Positions 39,688-50,425 of a DNA stretch of 64,000 nucleotides are shown here, one piece after another. Each line of letters begins with the position of its first letter. The first letter of the stretch is position 1. Position numbers and translations under genes: made by a program. The notes beneath the pieces were generated by a model. That model saw only the letters and a program-made list of their open reading frames with translations. It did not search any database and was not told where the DNA came from. Source of the DNA: Sphaerodactylus townsendi (lineage: Eukaryota); NCBI RefSeq assembly GCF_021028975.2, contig NC_059428.1, forward strand, positions 27,962,001 through 28,026,000. The letters run 5' to 3'.

Positions 39688-39796
39688 ATTGTCAATGAAA
39701 TTTGGCTTAAATCCTCCCTCTTGCTGTCTCCTGAGTTCTTCCTGTTCTCTTTGACGCAGCATCTCTTCTTCACGTCGTCTATGCTCTTCTTCATGT
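39688..39796 (-). CDS. PSPC1: PSPC1 coding exon 6 (end of coiled coil)
   Basis: TTTAG|A; [36 protein letters not shown]; donor AAT|GTAAGT; 109 nt; ends in phase 0. Confidence 0.96.
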
Positions 39797-40060
39797 CTAA
39801 ACATTATAAACATAATATAATTTTCTAAAACGCTTACTACTCCTTCCAAGCCAAAAACATTCCCAGTTCATTAAGATATAGCTCAAATCTTCCGTTTGCA
39901 TTAATGACAGTTATAAGTATTAGACCTTCCATTCTGGCATTCTACCACTGGGGAGAAGAGGAACCTCATGAAAATTAAATAGGAAATCACCAGCAATTTC
40001 CTTCATTTATTAATAAGTCCGCACTAGTTCAAACATTGGTACTCAACCGTGAAGGGTTCA

Positions 40061-41618
40061 TGAAGGACATCTGGGTTTCCCCATCAGCCAAGCACAGGGA
40101 GGCAGGAATAAAGTATCTTGAGCCTCCCGGTCTGGTGGGGGCACCTTCTCCAGTTCTGGGATTCTGAAAAAGTTACACCCACTGGATTGAAGCAAGCAAA
40201 CACCTCTCTGCCTGAAGGAAGCAATGAGCATGTAACAAGAACAGAACAGAGGGAGACCGCAACTTGGAGGATAAATGGAGCAGCCCAGCAAACACTGACA
40301 GAAGAACAGGCTGGGAAGCTCAACACCAACAGAATACAGTTACAATAACAGTCACAGTCGCCTGATTTATGTGGGGTATCAACAGGCATCTGCCGAACTG
40401 AAAACATTCAACTTGTAATGGCGCACAAAGGTGGAGATGGAAGACCACGTCGCAGCCCTGCAGATCTCCTCCCCCGATGCATTGTTATTGAAGGCAGCGT
40501 TGGTGAAGGCATTTCTCACTGAATGACCTGCAATCCCTACTGGTACAGTCAAGTTCTGTGACTTGTAGGCCTCAGCTATGCACTCCCACAAACACTTGCT
40601 GATAGTCTGAGCTGACAGCTTGAAACCTCTGCTATGACTTACAACTGATATATACAGCGCTTCTGATTTTCTGAAGTCCTGTGTTCTGATAAGAAACACC
40701 TTAAGGGTGCGCCTTATGTCAAGCTTGTGCCAATAAACCTCCTTCAGGTGCCGAGGGTTTGGACAGAAGGAGAGTAAGAAGTTCTCCTGCTGGCAGTGAA
40801 AGGTAGAATGAATCTTCGAGGTGAAGGAGGGATCCATCCTAAGGACCACCTTGTCCTTGTGGAAGACGCACAGGGATGGTTTGACTGACAGTGCCACTAA
40901 CTCTTGACACTCACTGTGCCAAGATGACCACCACAAGGAATATAGTCTTCACTCTGAGATGCTTGAGCAAAGTGTCCATAATTGGTTGAAAGAGATGCTT
41001 AGTCAGAGCATGTAAAACTGAATACAGCTTCCAAGTGGGAAAGCGGTGCCTAGTTGACAAGGACTTAAAGGATACCCCTCTAAGGAAGCGTTTGATGTGA
41101 GGATGCAGAGATGGAACTCTTCTCTCTAAGGTGTGTACCATGGACGATAAAGCCACTAACTGTCTGCATGGGGTAGAAGCACGGAGATCAGCTTCCAGTC
41201 CATTCTGGAGGACGTGCCCATCCTTTCTGCTGCTAAATCTGCTCCAGCTGCCGCATTTTCCTCGTACGAGGAAAGGAACAGTTGCTCCCTTTGAGGCATT
41301 TTTCCCCTTCCGTGTCTTTTCTGAAGCCAACTGGCCAGCCTAGTGCAAAGGAACCTTCAGTCATTTAAACACAGTCGCCAAGAGAGAACTGTGCTTCTCT
41401 CTCGATAGCAAGCCAAAGAAATAGAAGCAGAGAGGAAAGTTAAGAAGGAAAATGTTAGATCTTTAGCAAGGTAAAGGAGAAGGTGACTGAACCCAACTGC
41501 ACTCCCCGGAGGCAGGAGAGAACTGGAGAAGGGGAGGGGCCCCAGCAACCCAGGAGGCTCAAGATAGTTTACTCCTGCCTCCCTGTGATTGGCTGATGAG
41601 AAAACCTAGATGTCCTCA
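40061..41618 (-). mobile_element. DIRS1-like tyrosine-recombinase retrotransposon, internally deleted, ITR-bounded, in PSPC1 intron 5
   Basis: Frameshifted YR ORFs 40911-41330 and 40379-40936 (HPHIKRFLRG...FPTW...FHKDKVVLR...LDIRRTL...GHSVR...ICRAATWSSISTFVRHY). About 100-bp inverted terminal repeats at 40061-40157 and 41519-41618. Confidence 0.88.
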
Positions 41619-41692
41619 AGCTCAAATGGAGAACAATGCTAGTTAAAAGATGCAGCCACTTCTCTCCAACATTACCTTCAAATGAAAAATAC

Positions 41693-41777
41693 CTTAATTG
41701 TATTTGCTTTCGTTTCTGTAGCTCCTGATTTCGAAGTTCTTCCAAACGTCTCAGTTCTTCTTGACGCCTCATAAGAT
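41693..41777 (-). CDS. PSPC1: PSPC1 coding exon 5 (coiled coil)
   Basis: TTTTCACAG|AT; [29 protein letters not shown]; donor AG|GTATT; 85 nt. Confidence 0.96.
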
Positions 41778-42438
41778 CTGTGAAAATGTCAAAACAGCAG
41801 CTAGCAATTGCCTTTGAAACACAAACAGGTGTACATCAGACGTAGTCAATAAAATAAATATTTTAAAAGGGCTTGAGAAATTGTCCTATAGTGAAATAAT
41901 CTTTCTTTTATTGTTTAGAAGTTATACTTTATAAGATTTACAAATGCATTTCATGTGCTGATAGCTTTCCTGATCTCCTGAGAAAGGGTGCAGTCCATCT
42001 CTCAATAATGATTAAAAACGCAGATTTCTGCCCAAACACCTATAAATGCTGCACTGGATTTCACCAGTGGACAGGGATTGTCATTTCTGGTCATGAAACA
42101 GAAATTACTAACAATTTTCCTAGCAAAAGTAAACTACAGTTTCAAGGCACATATGGATAATTCCCATATCAATGCCATAATGCAAGGTCCCCATTAAATT
42201 ACTTAAAAGAAAAGAGTAACTATATGTTTACAAAATGTCATGAACAGTAAAAGTGTTAAATAATGAGCTTATTTGGAACACACACACACTCTCAACTTCT
42301 TCTGAAACATTAAAATCTGGATGATTTTAAAATGTATTATGACAATAAGATAACCTGTCATAAGAAAGGTATCTTTCACGAGACACTTTCTAGACCCTCA
42401 GCCTACAAGATAGAAACTGAACCAAATATATTATGCAC

Positions 42439-42635
42439 CTTGTCTCATCAACATTAATTGATGCTCATGTCGAGCTGCTTCCATCTCTGCCTCCAGTTTT
42501 TCCTTTGCTTCTCTGATGTTTCTGTCAACTTGCTCCCGCTGTTGCTTTTCCATTTCATCAAGGGCCTTCCACCGAGAAGCATACTCAAACTCAAAAGTTC
42601 CAGGTTGGGCAAAACGCGGTGGCTGCTCCCTTTCC
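42439..42635 (-). CDS. PSPC1: PSPC1 coding exon 4 (NOPS / coiled coil)
   Basis: TGTAG|G; [65 protein letters not shown]; donor AG|GTGCAT; 197 nt. Confidence 0.97.
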
Positions 42636-42738
42636 CTACAAAGGAAAGCATAGTCCACATGTACAGGTTTAATTCAAATAAATCTAACAGCAGTATACTA
42701 ATCTTTGACATTTTGCTTTTTTTGCTGTCAAATACAGA

Positions 42739-42808
42739 CCAGGGTCAACCCTACTTAGCTTCTGAAATCTGATGAGATCCAACTAGTCTGGGCTATACAA
42801 GTCAGGGC
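42739..42808 (-). mobile_element. 5S rRNA-derived SINE head fragment
   Basis: Minus strand TAGTTGGATCTCATCAGATTTCAGAAGCTAAGTAGGGTTGACCCTGG resembles the 5S internal control region. Confidence 0.5.
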
Positions 42809-43050
42809 TAACCTCTGACGTTCAAAGAGGAATGGTTTCTTCAAGCATTCCTCATGTATTTACAAAATTAACCATCATGGTGAAACTTGATACAACAGGA
42901 GTTATATGTTGAAACTAAGAACAGCCCCAATCTTCCAGAAGAAAATGGAGGGATTAAAAAGCAAAGCTTATTTGATTTCAGCACTTTCCTCCCACCAACT
43001 GCTATCTCCCTACAAGTGCCCCTCTCTCAGATGAGAATGCATGAACTTAC

Positions 43051-43146
43051 TTATGATACTGTTGAGTTTTTTGCATTAATTTCTCAGGGAGTCCATCTTC
43101 ATCATCAAATTGTTCCATAGGCTCTACAATAACAGGTCGAGGAGTT
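43051..43146 (-). CDS. PSPC1: PSPC1 coding exon 3 (NOPS domain)
   Basis: Acceptor TTTTTTTAG|A; [31 protein letters not shown]; donor AA|GTAAGT; 96 nt. Confidence 0.96.
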
Positions 43147-43784
43147 CTAAAAAAAGTGATCATACATTTTAATAAATCAGTCAGAATCTGTTAAAACTAA
43201 GTTGCAACCCAACACACATGCCAACAGTTCGTCACCCAACAAAAGTCAAGTTTGCCTACAGAACATTCCATCAAGGACTGAACTTTTCTACTTTGCAACC
43301 AGTAATTATGCAAGCTGGCTGTGGAATTTACTTATAACTTCATTCCAAATTCTTCAATTGTTTTTCTGAACAAGAGTCTTCAAATTCACATTTCATTTTA
43401 ATTTTATTTCACGCAATTGAGACCTGTGTGAAAGAACATGGAATAAAGGATGAGGTGTTGAAATTTGACCAGAAGGTCCACTATCGAGTCAACTGCACAA
43501 TACTGGGCTGGTCATACTCTCTCCATTTATCATTACCCTCCCTTGAACTAAATACAGATACCAATTCAGATTTCCAAGTACCGGTAAGAGTTTTGTGCGA
43601 CCGAACAGTTCTATCAAAGATGGTATTTGAACCACTTTGGGTAGTATTGCCAAAAAGTAACATTTCAGTTCTCTGCTGTCACACAACAGAACTTGCTACC
43701 AGATTGGATCAAAGTATAACCTTAGCATCTAGGTAGCTTTCTATTTGTATAAACAAGCATTTAAATTCACCAAAGTAAACTTAC

Positions 43785-44086
43785 GTTGTCAGCAGGAACG
43801 CTCCATCATTGCATCTTTCTAGTGCCTTCCGAGCTGGAGGTTTTGCAGCAAATTCTACAAAACCTTTTCCAGTTGCTCGGCCACGATCATCTACGACAGC
43901 AACAGCTCTTTCCACAGGGCCAAACTGAGAGAAAGCTTGTTCCAGAAGCTCATTGGAAACAACAGGTGAAAGATTCTTCACTGTTAAAGCAGCCCCATGG
44001 GTAGCAAATCGAATTCGCAGTGGTCTGCTCTTCAGAATAGTTCCATCAAGTTCCGCCTTGGCAATTTCAGCCAGTGTCCGTGATTC
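43785..44086 (-). CDS. PSPC1: PSPC1 coding exon 2 (end of RRM1 and RRM2)
   Basis: Acceptor AAAG|GAATCA; [15 protein letters not shown]...[65 protein letters not shown]; donor AC|GTAAG; 302 nt. Confidence 0.97.
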
Positions 44087-44928
44087 CTTTGAAGAAGAAA
44101 TGTATCATTTTTATTACACGTTATTATGTCAACAGGTTGCTTCGGGTACCATAAGTTTACGAGACTAATACCAGACCATTTAACATTAATCAATGAACCC
44201 CATATCTGGACCTCTGATACCAATTCCATCCTCCCAAAAATAACTTGAACTTTACTTAACTTCTGCAGCATGTAAACAATTACTCCAGCTTTAACAGGTT
44301 TGTGCTACTGAATATTCTTTTTTGCCATCTAACCATAAGCAAGTGATCAGGGGAACAAGGCTTCTCTTTTAAGGAACAACATGACCCCTATTATAACAGG
44401 AAGTGTTGTATACTTTCCCAGAATGGATCAATTCAGACATGCCAAGCTATGACTGCAGACACCTAACTGGATTGTCCTTGATAAGCTATGGATGCTTTGC
44501 ACTACCAAACTTGCCCAGAAAAAGAAAAAAATGGAGAAAATGTGCTAAATCCTGAAGAACTTCTAAAACAGATCACTTAAAAGAAGGCTGCACGTGCATA
44601 ATTTTCTGACAAATTATATTGATTCAAGGCCAAAATAAAAAATGGAACAATTCTCAGCATGAAAACACTGCTTGTATTATGCATAGTGATATACAGTGAA
44701 CACTTTCTTAAAGAAAAACAGACCACAGTTTTCCAATCCTTCTGCAGAAGTATTAACAATTTCTGGATAGGATGGAACATACACACAGATCATGAAGTAA
44801 GGCTGCTCTTCCTTGCCTTAAGAAGTGGCACATCTTGGAAAAAACAAGAAATTATAGTTTGGCATTTAGTGAATTTTGGGTTCCAATGTTCCCACCCTAC
44901 CTTTTCCCCTTAAACATGGCTCAGAAAT

Positions 44929-45556
44929 CAGGGTGGATTTAAATCATGGTTTTCTACATAAGGACTCATTTTTGCTGGTATCAATCAAATGAAGATTTCA
45001 TTTTTAAAATAACTTTTCAGATTAGTGTTACAGTTATAACAAAAATTACTGATTTGGTTATATTATGACAAATATACAAATAATTACAAGATTACTGCAA
45101 ACTAACTCCAGTTTTATTTGGGCCACAAGGCCTTGCATTTGTTTACTGCTGTGTTTGAATTCTGCACATATGCCTGAATTACCCATAGGTAAAGGAACTT
45201 CATTAACATATTCCCAAATTGGGTCTCTTTTACAGCCTGCGGCCATTACAGATTTTCTCCCCCAGGGAGAGAATAATGATAAACTTTGGGCTACACACAA
45301 GCTTGTGGAATATTCTGCTCAAAAGTTTTCATTTTTATTACTTGTCCTTCCTCACATTCAGCTGCTTGTATAGATCTAGTCTCAAGCTACATAACTAAAA
45401 ACTTATTTCATGATAATCTTTGCACTCTCTTAAATAGAAAAGTAAACCATATTTAGAGATTTTCCTCAAAAAGCATTTCCTTTTTTAAAATCCAATTTAA
45501 ATTTAAAAATCTGATTTTAATTTTTTAAATACCATAACTGATTTTAATCCAGTCTG
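44929..45556 (-). mobile_element. hAT (Tip100/Zaphod-like) non-autonomous relic in PSPC1 intron 1
   Basis: CAGGGTGGATTTAAATCA terminus; BED-finger-like remnant MAAGCKRDPIWEYVNEVPLPMG; inverted homolog of 725-2197. Confidence 0.65.
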
Positions 45557-46007
45557 ACAGAAAGCCAGTTTGTTTCCTTCAAGCTACTATGGTTTGTTCT
45601 CTTCTCTACTAGGAAAACCGTGTTGTTTAGATGTCCTTACTATTTCACTACATACATTTAAATCGCTATTTAATCTGATTTTTATTAAACATCAAGTTCA
45701 AAGCATTGTTAACCAATAATAATTGATCTTTTTTTCCTTGAAGAGAACTTCCTTTTGAAACTCCCTGAGGCAAAGGAAGGCCGAAGGAAGGCAGAAAGTA
45801 CCAAGTTAGAAGTATAGTAGACCAAGTACAAAAAAGTAGTATAAAACATTGGGAATACACCTAAAGTATCCACTACAAAATGTACCAATTCTCCCCTACC
45901 CAGTACAGTTGAGGTCTTCTTAAGCAACAAGGCAACTTGGTTCCAGATTTGGTGCGTATTGGGTTGGATCTTGTGATTTGAAAGCATAAGGATCATGTGA
46001 TCTAGCA

Positions 46008-46077
46008 TGCTATGGGTTTTCCGGGTTGAATGGCCGTGTTCCAGTGATTCCGGCCGTGAAAACCTTCAACAATACAT
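46008..46077. mobile_element. Tiny Penelope (Poseidon-type) terminal relic
   Basis: GGGTTTTCCGGGTTGAATGGCCG (inverse of the CGGCCATACAGCGCGGAAACC segment at 56209) joined to CCAGTGATTCCGGCCGTGAAAACCTTCAACAATAC. Confidence 0.5.
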
Positions 46078-47679
46078 TGATCATGGGATCTTCTACACCC
46101 TCCCCACCCTTTGAATCCTGGGTAAGTTTATTGTTGAGGGATGAGTGTGTACTATGGAGGTTGGGGGCTACAAGGGGGAGGAGTTGAGGTAAAAATCTTC
46201 CTCAGATCCCCCCCCCCCCCACACACACACACACAGGCTTCCTTAACTTTGCAAATCGGCTCTCCTTTCTCATATATTCCCCATACACACACACCACACA
46301 CAGGCTCCCCTAACTTTGCGAACAGGCTTTCTGACTCAGCTGTAGTTCAACAGAGTTTGTCCTGCGTCCACAGGCAGGAAGTTCTTCAAAGTTCAGCAAA
46401 GGGACATAGTTCTGGTAGGGAGAAGTACATGGTGGAAAGAGGAAAGGAGTATGGCTTCCTCCTTCAGTTTTCCCCCTTTTCAAGGGTTCCCAACACCAGG
46501 GACAAGTATACCATGGGGGAGGAGGGGAGTGTGGCTTCCTACAGCAAAGGCTGCTGGGAAGCATAGTTCTGGTTCACGCTGATCAATTATACAGTAAGAT
46601 AAGCATACGAAATCGTATTAATTAGCCCATATATGGTATTTAAAAGAATAAATGCTGCAGTTTTCAACAAGCAAAACTGCAAACATACTCAAAATAGAGA
46701 GCTGCGAACTACCGCATCCTTGCTACATTATCACATTTTACTCATTCCAAAAGAGAAAATCTATTTCATAGGAATTTTCTGAAACAGGACTTCTCAAGAT
46801 TTCCTTTTTCCAATGGAAAAATGAGAGGAAATGTCCTGACATATTTTTATGCTATGCATCTTGAATGAGCAAAATCTTGTCTGGCAAAGCATTTTACTCA
46901 GTCCAAGAAATTATTTTCAACACTTTTAAAAATATTTCACTTTTTCCATCAAAAAAAAAATGATTGGGAGGCAGAGAGATGAGGGTTTTTGTCCTCCTCC
47001 TGAATTGTCCAGGTTTTTCTCAACTGGCCTTCACATCTCCTGAAGTGGACAAAGAACATCTGGAACAAATTTTAATCACCTCATAATTTTAAAAAAGAAA
47101 ATGGAACCAGAACATATTGAATACTACTGTCTCAACAGAAAGGGAATTAACACAGAAATAAGTATGGTAACAAGGAGATGCAGCATATTTGGCGTTGTTT
47201 AAAGAGGAGGGATACTGCTGCACATACAAATAAATAAAGGAGTCAGTGTAGGAGCGGACAGATCGGATTGGAGAAGAAGAAAAAGAGGGCAGCGGCTAGA
47301 ATTGGCAGGAAGATGGTGAGTTGTCTATTTGAGAGAACACCGAGACAAGTAAATGGGGAAGCAGCCATTTGTGCACATGGCAACAGGGAAGCTACTTTTT
47401 CTCTCCGAAGTATGAAACAAATAACAAATCCTGGCTACGATTGTGTTTTACGACTGTTAGCTGCCCTGGGGTGCCTCGATGAGGCTGAAAGGCGACTTCC
47501 CAATTAACAAAACCCCACTGAATAAAAGTGCGCTGATTTGCTTTGTAAAAAAGATATTTCTTCGGTGCACCTCAGAACATCTAAGCAGCAGAAAAGCCAG
47601 CCGGACTGTACGAACAACCACATTCATCCCACGCAATAAATTGCAAAAAAAAAAAAATCGGAAGAGCAGGAAAAAGCTC

Positions 47680-48800
47680 TTGGGGGGGGGCAAAAGGGGG
47701 AGTCCGGGTGATAATAGGCAACACATGGCAGGCATGGAAAACACCGGGGTAAAGAAAAATGCAGTCTTTTCGCGCTTGCGCAGATAAGGATGGGGAAGGA
47801 GCCTCGTGCGGCGATGGTTGGGGGGTCGCGCGCTGTGAATGCCGCAGAATCCCTCTCGGGGGAAGGGGCGGGACGGGGCAATCCCGCCTCCAGCGCACTC
47901 TCTCTCTCTATATATATATATATATTTGGGGGGATATTTATCACACAAACGGCTTATCATATGGTATCGAAAGCATTTTCTCCCTACCAACCCCCTTCCA
48001 CTCTCACAGGCACGGGGTGGGGGCCGCAGGGGAATCAGGAGGTTCTCGGGGCGGAGGCTCCTCACCAGGCGGATGAAGCCGAAGCCGCGGTCCCGGTTGA
48101 TGAAGACCTCGCTGGGCTCGCCGTAACGCTCGAAAAGGCGCTTGAAGTCCTCCTCGGTGATGTCGGTGGGCAGGTTGCCCACAAAGAGGCGGCAGCGCTG
48201 CGTGTAGCTCTTCTCGCCGGGCTTGAGGAAGCTCTTGATGTCGACCGTGAAGCCGCCGCTGCTCGCCTCCTCGTCCTCCGGGAGCCCCAGGGCGGCCGCC
48301 GCCCCTTCATTGTCAGGCGGTGGCGGCTGCTGCTTCTGCTCCAGACCTCGCAGCCCCTTCATACTGCCGCCGCCCACCATGCTCATCGGAGGGGCAGCCG
48401 CCGGGGAGTTGTTCTCGATCCGCACTTGTTTCAGGTTCCTGTTGGCGGACATTTTCTCAGTTTAGGGGAGGGGAAATGATTCAATGAGGGTGAGGATTCA
48501 AAGCTCGCAGCTCGGTCCAGCCGCCACTTCTTTCGGCCACCACCGAGGGTTAAAAAATCAAAATGGCGGCAAGACCACTACCCACCAACGACTCATAACG
48601 TCGCTCTATTCTGATAGCCCCGCCCCCTTTGCTGGGATCGTTACTGCGCAGGCGCAGGAGGTTTGGCTCGTGAACGGGCAGTTAGTTCGGTTACGAGACC
48701 TAATGCGCATGCGTGCCATCCTTTCGCTTGTACGTAGACAAGCCGGGGAGAGCCCCGTCATACCTCTGGGGAGAGCGGAGGTGACACGAAAGCGTTTATT
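47680..48800. promoter_or_regulatory. CpG island / PSPC1 promoter and first exon
   Basis: High GC and CpG density around the start codon. YY1 CAAAATGGCGGC 48559-48570, GC box GCCCCGCCCC 48617-48626, NRF1 TGCGCAGGCGCA 48645-48656 and TGCGCATGCGT 48704-48714; no obvious TATA box. Confidence 0.85.
48066..48452 (-). CDS. PSPC1: PSPC1 coding exon 1 (N-terminus and start of RRM1)
   Basis: [15 protein letters not shown]...[48 protein letters not shown], followed by donor CTG|GTGAG; phase 0. Confidence 0.96.
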
Positions 48801-49251
48801 CGTCTTAAAATAATATTACTTCCCAGCAATCTTAGTTAAGTAACCATAGTAGTATGTTTTCTTTTTATGGCTTCTTGAGTCAATGGTAATCTTCAAATAT
48901 CTCTAGCACTGAAAGGTTTGGGACAGAATTCGAAGTTCCCAGCCTTTGTGGTAGAGGAGCCCGAATGTGGTGACCCATCCAGCATGGCCCAAAGTTGTTG
49001 GTTTTTTTGAGCCCTGGGCAAAGTATGACCTTGGGACCCATCTAGTTTGGCATTCCTTTTACTACTGTGGCTAACCAGATGTTTTTTGAGAAACCAGCTA
49101 ACATTGTACAAAGCATGCTGCTGCCCCTACTAAGAACCCCAAGCAAGTGACATTCTTATTCATTCAGCCTTTGAATATGGAGGTTACATTCCAGCCTTTT
49201 ACCACCCTCCCATTTTCCATTACTCCCTCTAATCTATCCCAAGAGTCTAAA

Positions 49252-49350
49252 CACAGGTGTCAAACTCGTGGTCCTCCAGATGTTATGGACTACAGTTCCC
49301 ATCATCCCCTGCCAGCATGGGAACTGTAATCCATGAGTTTGACACCTGTG
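49252..49350. mobile_element. Palindromic hAT MITE variant upstream of the PSPC1 promoter
   Basis: TIR CACAGGTGTCAAACTC / GAGTTTGACACCTGTG; GTCTAA in both flanks; internal ACTACAGTTCCCA. Confidence 0.75.
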
Positions 49351-49470
49351 GTCTAAGAAATTCACTTTAGTAACAATCTGGGCACATTTTATTTGACTAA
49401 CTTGTATATGCAGTGAGTAAAAAATACCAACTAATTTATGAAATGGAAGATACTGTTTTTAGGATCAGAT

Positions 49471-50204
49471 TGTTACCACGCTGCTCAGGTAACACTTTCC
49501 TTGCTCAGAAGTATTCCCGCTCTCGGCAGCGCCCAGGAACCCAAGCAAGAACCAACACGGCTCGGATGGATAAAGGTGATTTATTTGAGATGCTGACCTG
49601 GGTGTCAGCACCTCCGTTCCACACAGCAACTGCGCTGCCTAGCAGCCTTACAACATCTTAAATACATTTCCTCCCGTCGGGAGCCTGGGAGAATACAAGA
49701 CAGCCCACCACCATTCATTAGCACAATTCAAAGTAACCAATCATACACCTGCAACATGCAGGAACCAATCAGGGTCCGATAGGCATCCCCTTCTCGAGTT
49801 TCGCGCCAGAGTAGGGCGAGGCGATGACGTGTCCACTGGCGGGGGAAACACAAAGGTTTCCCCAGATGTCCGGGGTCAGGAAGCAGAGAGTGATGACGAG
49901 AGCTTCCTTATCTGCCTGCTGACGGGATTAGGCAGGGCGAGGCGCTTCGACGGAGGTCTCCCTTTGTCCGCGTGTATCAGGAGCCTTTACACGTGAATGG
50001 GATGGGCCCAGGTGGAGCGGAGATGGCTCTCTGCCTTGGGCCAAGGAGGTTCCATACAGTTACAAATACAGGGAAACTTACAAATCCTATTTTCTACCTA
50101 ATACAGTCAGTTTCTACCTAGCTAATACCCAAAACAGAACAAAACTTCTAATCTTTAGTCCAGACATAACCCAGGAGTGGGATTCTCTCCTGGCTCCGCT
50201 ATCA
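49471..50204 (-). mobile_element. Solo LTR (734 bp, 4-bp TSD; ERV1- or gypsy-like)
   Basis: TG...CA ends; TSD AGAT (49467-49470, 50205-50208); minus-strand AATAAA 49580-49585 and TATTTAA 49658-49664; two CCAAT boxes; CpG-rich. Confidence 0.75.
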
Positions 50205-50277
50205 AGATCTTGGTTTCCAAAATGCAAAAGAGAGCAACGGGAAGGGCAGGGATGGCCATTAGGGGGGTTTGCAACCC

Positions 50278-50425
50278 ACTTGGTCAGTAGTTAGTTGGGA
50301 AACCACCAAGGAATACCAGGGTCTCTACAGAGTCAGGGAATAGCAAACTACTTCTGAATGTCTCTTGCCTTCCTTAAAAACCTACAGGATTGCCGTAAGT
50401 TGGCTGTGACTTGACAGAGGAAAAA
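50278..50425 (+). mobile_element. 5S/Sauria-like SINE fragment
   Basis: GGTCAGTAGTTAGTTGGGAAACCACCAAGGAATACCAGGG followed by a Sauria-like tail (AAAACCTACAGGATTGCCGTAAGTTGGCTGTGACTTGA). Confidence 0.5.

Larger units (their letters stand above)
10050..48452 (-). other. PSPC1: PSPC1 gene span (start codon to stop codon), 9 coding exons, 532-aa DBHS-family paraspeckle protein
   Basis: Exons of 387+302+96+197+85+109+58+179+186 nt (1599 nt), all bounded by AG/GT and phase-compatible, give one open frame with RRM1, RRM2, NOPS, coiled coil and C-terminal [10 protein letters not shown]. The NLKQVRIE N-terminus and [12 protein letters not shown]-like segment mark PSPC1 rather than NONO or SFPQ. Confidence 0.97.

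Noticed and set aside
47311-47321. Plus-strand donor ATG|GTGAGT near the CpG island (possible antisense lncRNA exon)
   Set aside because: A single motif with no identifiable partner exon or start site.
47457-48065. Extension of the 331-aa ORF past FIRL
   Set aside because: Read-through into intron 1 past the GTGAG donor; the translation loses RRM similarity and crosses a (CT)n(AT)n microsatellite.
47790-48479. 229-aa plus-strand ORF antisense to exon 1
   Set aside because: Shadow ORF of GC-rich coding sequence; no independent support.
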